NCBI RefSeq assembly: GCF_009914755.1
Contig: NC_060925.1
Source of the DNA: the human T2T-CHM13v2.0 reference genome, Homo sapiens
Direction: 5' to 3' (one strand)
DNA: 64,000 nt
Both the position numbers and the translations under genes were made by a program. The notes below the pieces were generated by a model. It saw only the letters and a list, made by a program, of their open reading frames with translations, was not told where the DNA came from and did no database searches. Positions 54,961-64,000 of the stretch are shown piece by piece (within the stretch, counting starts at the first letter, position 1; each line of letters opens with the position of its first letter).

Positions 54961-55879
54961 GAACTCAGAAGTGTTTGCTTCAGGGTCAGCCGAAGTCTAA
55001 ATTCTAGCATAATGTCATAAGCTGAGAGGCCTAGGGTATGAACCCGTTCATTTACCCGCACCTTGGAAAGTGCCCACTATGCACAAGGCACAGAAACAGG
55101 CTCTGGGGATGGGACAATGAGCCAGAGAGCAGCCTCTCTGCCTGCATAGAGCCTGAGGGAATCTGGGACAAGAGAACATTGAGCCAACATGATAAAGTGT
55201 GTGGGGTGCAGGGGTTGGGGAGCTGGGGTGTTAAGGAGCCTGGGGCAGGGTCAAAAAGGGAACATTGCCCATGGGGGCAGAGGCCTTGGGGGACATCTTA
55301 GAGAGGAAGGATGGGTGTAATTAGCCAGGCACCTGGGCAGAGAGAAGTGCAGGTGAGCCCCTCTTAGAGACCTGAAGATAATTGTGGGGTTGGAGCTTAA
55401 GAGTGAGGGGTGTGGGGTCAGGGGGCAGGAAAAGAGGTAAGTAAGTGAGCAGCAGAGTCAGGAATGTCAAGGGGTTCAGACCAAATCCTTTAGACTGGAC
55501 AGGGAGCCACCGAAAAGCCTCTGAGCCTCAGTGTGTCCATCTGCAAAATGGAGAATTCTCACACACAGATGATTGAGCAGGGCTGGGGCTGAAATACAAC
55601 CCTGCATTGGTGGGTCTGCCATACAGGTGGTCCTTAGGAAACCTGGTTCCCAAGGTTCCCTCAGGGCATCCCTCCCAAGAGTGAGCAGGGTCCCGCTGTT
55701 TATCCCCTTGGTCATAAGCTACTTGAGGACAGGGACTGTCTGCATCTCCCTGAACCTCTAGATGGAGGTAATGACAGGACCTGCCTTACAGGCATGAGGA
55801 GGGAGTTGGGGGGTTAATAATGGTGGCTAACAGGTATTCAGTGTCTACTGAACTAATGAGGGCATATTTTTTTCTTTCA

Positions 55880-56079
55880 TGCATTCATTTATTAAATAAA
55901 TATTGAATGAGCAACTACTACAGGCCAGGTACTTTCCTAGGTACTTGGGATATATCTATGAATAAAAGGCAGATCTCTAGCCTCATGGAGCTTATATTCC
56001 AGCAGGAGAAAGATGGACTATCTATCTATCTATCTATCTATCTATCCATCTATCTATTATCTATCTATCTCATTTATCC

Positions 56080-56154
<75 letters not shown>

Positions 56155-56310
56155 GCCTATCCATCCATCCCTCTATCTATCTAAAAAGCACGAGTAAAGT
56201 TTATAGTTTGTGAGAAGGTAATGAGTGCTATGAGAAAAGAAACCAAAAGGAGGTTGGGGTAAGGAAGATGAAAGCCCAGGACTGCAATTCTTAAAAGGGT
56301 GATGAGGATA
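55880..56310 (-). mobile_element. L2 3' end interrupted by a TCTA STR
   Basis: CATTCATTTATTAAATAAATATTGAATGAGCAACTACTACAGGCCAGG..CCTCATGGAGCTTATATTCCAG. Confidence 0.75.
56018..56182 (+). repeat. Compound (TCTA)n tetranucleotide STR with pure (ATCT)16
   Basis: Pure run 56091-56154 with TCCA/TA interruptions upstream. Confidence 0.97.
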
Positions 56311-57189
56311 ACCTTTTTATATTCACTCATTGTATCCTTTACAACAATCTTATAAAGGAGGGCTAGTATTATACCCAATTTACAGATGAGAAAAGTGAGG
56401 CACAGAGAGGATTAGTCAAGGAGTCAACCAAGTGGAAGTTCTGGTATTTAATTCACGTACACAGCAAGTCCTCAATAAATGATAGCTTCTGATAATGCTG
56501 ATGATGTGATGATATTGGGGGGGTGGTTGCATGCAGTAAGTGATCATTAAATGTTTCTGTAGTTGAAATTAACTGAATTAACTCCCCCAAGGGAGACAAA
56601 CAAATCTCAAAACTCCAATAGCCCCTCCCAGCTCTGGGTAGAGGAAAGCCTTGGCTACACAAATGCAATCGTGATGGGGGAGCCCGCCCCCCCGCGTACC
56701 CATCTCTTTCCCAGATGTCCCATTTCAAGGGCCCAGCCTCTCCAAAGGGAAGGCAGTGGAGGCAGTTGCCTGGACTCGGGGAGAATGGGAAGCTGGAGCC
56801 GGATGACAACTGTGAGGCCAGGGAGTGACCAAAGAAAAGACCCCACTGCAGAGCAGAGTCAATAATTCACATGGCTCCTTTAAATATTTAGGTCTCCAGC
56901 TACTTAAAATGTAGAACTGTACTTTTGAATATATGTATGTGTATTTTGCAGTTTCATCACAGAGACATGGACACCATAGACAGGATGACAGGGGTGGAAG
57001 GGCGTGGTGGGGTGCTGGAACCCTTGGGGACATGCAAAATAGTTTTGCAGGTAGGAAGAAGAAGTGTGATATTGAAATACTAACCATCACCATCATATAC
57101 CGAGCACTTATGGTGTGCTGGGCATCGTGCAAAGTGCTTTATCTCTAACTCACTCATTCATTCACTCCTTTACATTCACTCATTTAGCC

Positions 57190-57400
57190 TTGCTGGCTCT
57201 GGAGCCAAACAGCCTAGGTTTGAATCCTGGCTTCACCTCGTGTGGCTGACTGTGTAACCCTAGACACACAACTTCACCCTCCTTTGCCCCAGTCTCCTCT
57301 GTAAAACAGGGTGATAAGAGAAATAAAGAAGTTCACACATGTAAAGTGCCTAGAACAGTGTCTGCCATAAGAGCTCAATCAATATTGTTATTTTTACTAT
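57190..57400 (+). mobile_element. MIR SINE
   Basis: GGCTCTGGAGCCAAACAGCCTAGGTTTGAATCCTGGC..TGTAAAGTGCCTAGAACAGTG. Confidence 0.82.
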
Positions 57401-57439
57401 TGTTACTATTGGTACTATTTTTACTATTGTCAATATCAT

Positions 57440-57860
57440 AATTCATTCACACATTCTTTCAGGAAATATTTACTCTGCTCTAATTACGTGATGGGTGCCG
57501 TGGGAGTACAGCGGTGAACTTCAAAAGACAGTTTCTGCCTTCAAGGATCCTCCACTGGGGACACAGATAATAAGGTAACAAAAAATTAACCAACAAGACA
57601 AATTCAGATTGCCATAAATGCTGGGAAGAAAGTTAACAGGTTGGTGGGACTCAGGGTAACTAGAGAGGGGAGACCCTTTTAGCCAGGTGGTCGGGGGCTA
57701 TCTGAGGAGGTGGCTTTGCAGCTAAAATGTGAAATATGAAAGGGAACCCAGGAAAGGGAGTTCCAGGCAAGGGAACTGCTAGTGCAAAGGGCCTGAGGTA
57801 GAAAGTAGCTTGATGTGGTTGGAGAAAGGAAAGAAAGTCGCTGTGGCTGGAGAGTAGCAT
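57440..57860 (-). mobile_element. L2 fragment
   Basis: ATTCATTCA..CTGCCTTCAAGG..TTCCAGGCAAGGGAACTGCTAGTGCAAAGGGCCTGAGG. Confidence 0.72.
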
Positions 57861-59119
57861 AGGGCTCTCCAAAACTCTCCAGGGGAGTGGGGACATCTCA
57901 AGGACATGGAAAAGGAAGCCCAGAGAAGTATGCAGATTTGCCTTGGGCTTCACCACTGATAGTGGTAACGACAATATAGGAAAACAGGTCTGTCCAGCTC
58001 TACAGCCTGGGCCCCTAACAAATGCACTGACTACTCCTAAGTAGGAGCACAGGCCCCCACAAATACAGCCCAACTTTGGTAAGTCCAGTGCTAACTGGTG
58101 GTGACTCTGAGTGCCCCAAGAGAGAAGTAGCCGGGCTACCTGGGAGATCTGAGAGTGCCTCAAACCAGCCACCTACAAAATGCTGCCAAGGAGAGGCCCT
58201 GCTGAACCCTCCTTCATGAACACATCAAATACCCTCCAATTAGCATCTCCCTGGGCATCAAACCAGCCACCCAAAGCTATGCAGAATTGTAGTATGGGCT
58301 CACACAGGCAGTGGGGAAAGAAAGCTGGGCCCTGGGGTTGGCAGGAGCGGGTGTTCATGGAGCCCCTTTGTGTACCAAGTTCTGAGCTGCTGTCTCTGCA
58401 TCACTGATTCCTCATAGCCACTCAAAGCTGTAGGTATTGTCCTTCTTGTATTAGTAACATGGGGCTCAGAAATAGCAAGTAATTTGACTGCAATTACAGA
58501 GCCAGAAAGCAGGGTGGAGGAGGAAACTGGACTCCTCTATTGGCACCTATCGCTGGTACCAGCTGCCCAATGCCTAGGCTAAGAAGCTTGATGCCACCTC
58601 AATTGACCCATCTTTTCAACAGTCACTAATTGGCCAGGTTCTTTCTTGCCAGAACCTTGTGAGATGTGGTCACATTTATCCATAACCAAGGTGGCCATTG
58701 CATCTGGAATTAACAGCAAGCTTGTCCAAATTCTTAATGACATTCTAAGGGAATCCAGGAGAAGCTGGGGTAACAACCCTGAGACAAGAACAGTTAGCTT
58801 TGGGGGCACTGAATTGTCTTAATGGAATGTGGCCAAATGTGATTGGGGTAGGGGAGGATTACATCTCACCTGGAAGGGAACAAGAGTGTTTGTGGTCATA
58901 CCTGGCAGTCCATGTACTGGCTCAATTAGGCACCACTTGATTGGGGCTGTAAATTCTAGAAGGGTGGAACGCATGTTTATCTTTTACACTGCGAAATCTC
59001 CCAGGCCTAGGACCTAGTACCTAGTAGGGGTTTCAATAAATAGGTACTGAATGATAACAATAACTCATGTTTATTAAGTGCTTACTAGATACCAGACACT
59101 CTGCTAAGAACTTTACAAG

Positions 59120-59297
59120 GGTGGTACACACCTCAGCTGCAAATGCAGCTACATCAGGAGATAGAAAATATCCTGACACCTGAGTCCTGCTCCCCAAATG
59201 TTTTGCTTTAATTGGTTTAGGGTGAAAACCGGACCCTGGCATTTTTTTTCATGCTCTCCAGGTAACTCTAATATACAGCCAAGGTGGCGAGTATCAC
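59120..59297. mobile_element. MER5-type hAT MITE
   Basis: TTTAATTGGTTTAGGGTG..CCCTGGCATTTTTTTT..CTCCAGGTAACTCTAATATACAGCCAAGG. Confidence 0.6.
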
Positions 59298-59912
59298 TTT
59301 ATACGCCTCGCCTCGTCTAATTCTTCCATTAACCGTAGGAAGTGTTTACTATGCTTGTGCCCATTTTGTAGATGAGAAGGCAGATGCTCAGAAAGGTTAA
59401 ATAGTCTGTCCAAGGAAGTGGTAGTGTCAGAATTTGAACCAAGGCAGCTGAACTCTTGACACCTGGGGCTGAGCCATGAAACCACACAGAATGAACATAG
59501 GGAAGATAGGAAATCATTAGAGCTGCAGATACAGGAAAAAGGTGTGGCAGGTGCACCTGCCTTGACCACAAGCTCCTCCTAAGGGAGGTGACTCCACCCA
59601 CAGATGGGTTCCATGCTTGGCTGTTTCTGAAATAAGAGTGACACCTTTCTGTGCCTGGTAACCTGTACCTTGGGCCAGATATCTTCCTGATATGCAAAAA
59701 CTTTCCCTTCTGGCATAATCCCAGTTTACACAAGTTAAATAAGCACTTGTGAAATTAATTGCTTAATATTGCATTTTACAAATCGATGAATAAATCGAAG
59801 TACTGTCCACATCTCCCTCTTTAATCCCAAATATCCACTTTCCTTATTGGATCCCCTAAGCAGCTTATGCTCTGTCCTCTGGCTGTAATGATCAGAGCCT
59901 CAGAGCAAACAG

Positions 59913-59967
59913 TTCATTCATTCACCCATTCATTCATTCATTCATTCATTCATTCATTCATTCATTC
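59913..59967 (+). repeat. (TTCA)n STR
   Basis: TTCA run with one CCCA interruption. Confidence 0.93.
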
Positions 59968-61287
59968 GGTATCTTCTCTGCACCAGGCTGTCTCCTGAAT
60001 GCTGGAGCATTTTCTCGTGGGTAACCATGCATCAAACAGCAATGAGAGAAGGACCTGAATTCATGCTGATTTTCACTTGCTTTAATGTAAAACAGGATTG
60101 CCTGCATTTCAGATTTTGCTAGTTTATCTTGCACGGCCAAAGCCCCAGTTATCTCTGCTTCACTAAGTCTTGAGATTGGTTTGGAACTTGAACATATATT
60201 CTTCAAAACCATTAAAAGTGGTTTAATTGGCTGTTCAGGGATGTCTTCCACTCTCCTCTTCAAATGGATCATCCCTCTCTGTCTCTCCCAAGAACTGGGA
60301 ACTAGAAGCTCCTCGCCTGGATGATCCATTTCCCTGGATTTATTTATCTTGCTCTGGGCCCCAGAAGCATTAGGCTTCGCCTAGCAGATCCAGCCTCTCT
60401 TCGCTGCTGCACATCCAAATCCTACTTCAGACACCCACTGTAGCAAAACTACAGCCCTGGATGAAGTAGCAATGCCAGTCAGCATCATCCAAGGAGAAGG
60501 TCTGCTCTTTTAAAAAATTCAAACTATATCTTGATAAAACATGGTGATGAAGGCAGTCAAGGGAGGACATCACGGAAGAAATACAGAGACAGCCACCTGG
60601 GGTTATGCAACACAGCAGAAACACAATGACCTTGGGAATCTGTGAGTCCTGATATGCTGGTCAGCTGCCAGGCATTTTTTGGGTGCCCATTATATTCCAG
60701 ACCCAGGACCTGGTTCATATTCAGGCTCTTCTATCTCCTAGCAGTGTGACCTTAAGCAAGTCTCATAGCCCCTTTGAGTCTGTCTCATTGTTTAGTGCAG
60801 GGTCTCTGAAAATTAAGTGAGGCCATATATGTGAATGCATGTGATGATCTGCAGGTAATAGAGAAGTGCTGGTGCAATGGCTGGTTTAGAATACCAGTGG
60901 CCAGCCATTTGGAACTGGGCACCCCATGCCACCCACCCCTAGCGAGCTCCATGATGCATAATGTACATATTTGTATGCATACATAAGTATACATGCACAT
61001 ATAATAAATGCATAAATATGTGCATATTTTGCAAAGGTAAATAGAGAGAGAGATGGAGCTGCACTACAGAAATACAAAGACAAGCCTATTTCCAGATATT
61101 CTCTTGAATTCATTTCTAGACTATTTCTAGTTCTTAGCAAAGTGCTTGGTACATAATAGATACTTGACACATATTTGTTGAATGACCAGACATAAGAATC
61201 CATGATTTTTGTGTGTGCGTGTGAGAGAGAGAGAGACTAAGAGAGACAGAAAGAGAGAGAAATAGGGAGACAGAGAGCATATGTGTG

Positions 61288-61412
61288 TTCCTCAGCCTGA
61301 ATGCCGCCCCTGCTGCCTTGGGAGGTTTGGACAAGCCCAGGCTGGAATACACTTGAAGGAGGGGCAGGACTTAGAGAAAGCAGAGAAGGGGGCTGGTAGG
61401 AAAGATGGAGGG
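61288..61412 (+). repeat. 125-bp direct repeat, copy 1
   Basis: Ungapped match to 62697-62821, 14 mismatches by manual alignment. Confidence 0.93.
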
Positions 61413-61548
61413 ACAGGATGGATAGATATAGTTATAACAATAATTCAAGAGGCAATATCATGTTTAATGCAAATTCCAGAAAATAAAATAAAATTAATAA
61501 AATACTGAATAAAATACCAAAAAAAAAAACACAAAACAAAACTATATA

Positions 61549-61864
<316 letters not shown>

Positions 61865-61918
61865 AAAAAGCATTAACTCTCTAATTCCCCTTTCTCTGTC
61901 TTCTTTTTCCTTTCTAGT

Positions 61919-62096
61919 TAGAATTGTCAGATAAACACACAAACAGGATGCCCAATTAGGTTTGAATTTCAGATTAAACGGTAAATAATTTTATAAGCAT
62001 GTTCCAAGTATTGCATGCACAAATATCACATGCTACATAACATGTACTAAAAAATTATTCATCCTGTACATTTATTTGCCCAATCTGGCAACCTTA
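61919..62096. mobile_element. MER53 palindromic hAT MITE
   Basis: TTGTCAGATAAA..CAGGATGCCCAATTAGGTTTGAATTTCAGAT...CATCCTGTACATTTATTTGCCCAATCTGGCAACC. Confidence 0.85.
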
Positions 62097-62696
62097 TCCA
62101 GTCGTTCTAGTAAAAGTTCCTACATTCTACTTTTTAAAAATGCCACATAAGTGCTCAAAGACCTTTGATCCTTTGATGGTTGTTCATTGTCTATGGGATT
62201 AATAATATTCCTTTAACCAGGCCTCTGGCCTCTGAGCCACAGGTCCCCTCTCTCCAGCTCCAGTCCACGTGGAAGCCTGGCCACTGATCGATGCAGTGCC
62301 CCCTCCACTCATGCCTGGCCTGGTCCTGCAAATACCTGTAAGCAGCTGTGGGTAGGGGCAGGTAGCTTTGGTCCATGTTTGGCTTCTAAATCACATTACC
62401 TTCATCCCCCACAAAAAGGTAAGTATCAGCTGGCCATGGAGCTCCTGCTGTCTTTTGCACAGAATCAAACCTCACACCTAAAAGAGAGAGGCCAAGCAGA
62501 TTTTTCTTTACCTCTTCAGGACACCAAAAAGGTAATTCCCTTTTCCCTGGTCATGGAGGAGCTCAGAAAGAGCCTTATCAGAGATAAAGCCTTTGCAGTG
62601 GGTCGTCAACCATCACTCACAGCCACTGCAGGCCCCAGCATCGGGTGATGGTGGAGCCCTGCTTGGTTTTTGTCGTGCTCTTTCAGCATTCCCACA

Positions 62697-62821
62697 TTCC
62701 TCAGCCTGAACATCTCCCCTGCTGCCTTTGGAGGTTTGAACAACTCCACACTGGAATACACTCGAAGGAGGGGCAGGACTTGGAGAAGGCAGAGAAGGGG
62801 GCTGGTAGGAAAGTTGGAGGG
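62697..62821 (+). repeat. 125-bp direct repeat, copy 2
   Basis: Ungapped match to 61288-61412. Confidence 0.93.
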
Positions 62822-62950
62822 GGGGGTGCTTGGAGCTCCCATTGTATCCTGGGAACCGTCTCTTGAGCCTGGGTCACCTCATCTAGAAAAACAGGAACCA
62901 CAAGGTCTGCCTGCCCCTCAGGATAATGGTGAGGGTGCAGTGAGATGGTG

Positions 62951-63020
62951 CGTGGTAAGCCTCCCCCTGTACAGTCTGTCCTCGTCGTGGTAAGCCTCCC
63001 CCTGTACAGTCTGTCCTCGT
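62951..63020 (+). repeat. Perfect 35-bp tandem duplication
   Basis: CGTGGTAAGCCTCCCCCTGTACAGTCTGTCCTCGT twice. Confidence 0.96.
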
Positions 63021-64000
63021 AAAGTTTCACTTCCTTTTCCTAGTGTACAGCCTGCAGTGGGGCATCTAGCCTCCTAGGGTTGGTTCTAGCCAAGTTGGTA
63101 TTGAGTTGAATGGTCTTCTGCCACTGAGCTGAGCCAAAGACCCCAAGCCTGGTGTCTAAAACCCCTCACTAAGAGCCCATCTTGGAGATAAGTCAGGGAC
63201 TGATGCCTCTGATTAGGCCGTCCCTCCCTGTCTTGGGGAATCAAGGTGACACGAGGAAACCCTCATTCAGCTTGCATTCTCCAAAAATAGCCTATCACTC
63301 ACCAAACTCTTCCCAGCTGTCATCCCAGTAAATTCCCCCAACAACCCTGAGGTTGGGCTCCGTTACCAGTCACGTTTTAAACAGCTAGTCACCAGGGCTC
63401 TTGGCTGTTGGATTTCACGGCCTGTGATCTTAACCCAGAGCCCTTAAGAAATTGGAGGTGAATTTTGGCTCCAAGGGCAGTCCCTGCTGCAAGCTTGGAA
63501 TTTCCATCCTTCCCTGCCTTTCATCTGGGAATAGAGAGGGGCCTGGACACCGCCACCTCCTGGTGCACTGAATGTACCCAGGCTTGCTTCAAAACCAGCC
63601 ACCTGGCTCCCACTCTCAGCAGTAAGTCCCCACTCCCTCACAACCACAATCTTTTTCCTGGGTGTTTTTTTTGTTTTTTCTTTCTGTGGCTCTGGCCTTC
63701 TCTCCCTGAAAATACAGTTTGCTGATATTAAAAACACACACACACAATCACAAACACATTTTATATAGTCTTTGAAGTCTACTGGCCTCAGGCTCCTGGA
63801 CTGATAAGTATGCAGATAGAGCGCAGACCAGAGCTGGGAAGACAGTACCCTGTGCAGGCGGAGGCAGGGGCCCCCGCGGGGGTGGGAAGGGACGGAGACG
63901 CCTATGGGTGCCAGAGGCAGGGCGTCCCACCCTGTTCATCTAAGCCTGAAGGAGAAAATCGGATCAGGTTGGGGAAGGGGGGATGAAGCCCGTCAGGGCT

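Noticed and set aside
55907-56213. SIYL-repeat ORFs
   Set aside because: Translations of the TCTA STR
60955-61035. ATGCACATAT/ATATGTGCAT inverted repeat
   Set aside because: Within AT-rich alternating low-complexity sequence where such symmetry is expected

Overview
Primate (human-like) non-coding euchromatic DNA, either intergenic or deep intronic. I find no protein-coding gene, RNA gene or processed pseudogene that I can support; the longest ORFs are Alu, LTR or microsatellite read-throughs. Interspersed repeats are abundant: 14 Alus, L1PA/L1PB/L1M fragments, many MIR and L2 remnants, four CR1/L3 fragments, THE1/MST/MLT1 solo LTRs, hAT MITEs (MER20, MER5, MER53, MER96B-like) and several STRs. 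Between them lie several repeat-free blocks rich in homeodomain, FOX/SOX/TCF and bHLH motifs that resemble developmental enhancers (inference; conservation not tested). Other notable structure: a perfect 102-bp tandem duplication, a non-tandem 125-bp direct duplication, an Alu with an internal fold-back inversion, a T-box-like palindrome at an Alu target site, and THE1 LTRs with intact DUX4 motifs. I see no convincing novel multi-gene system. Repeat subfamily names come from recalled consensus sequences, and many boundaries are approximate.
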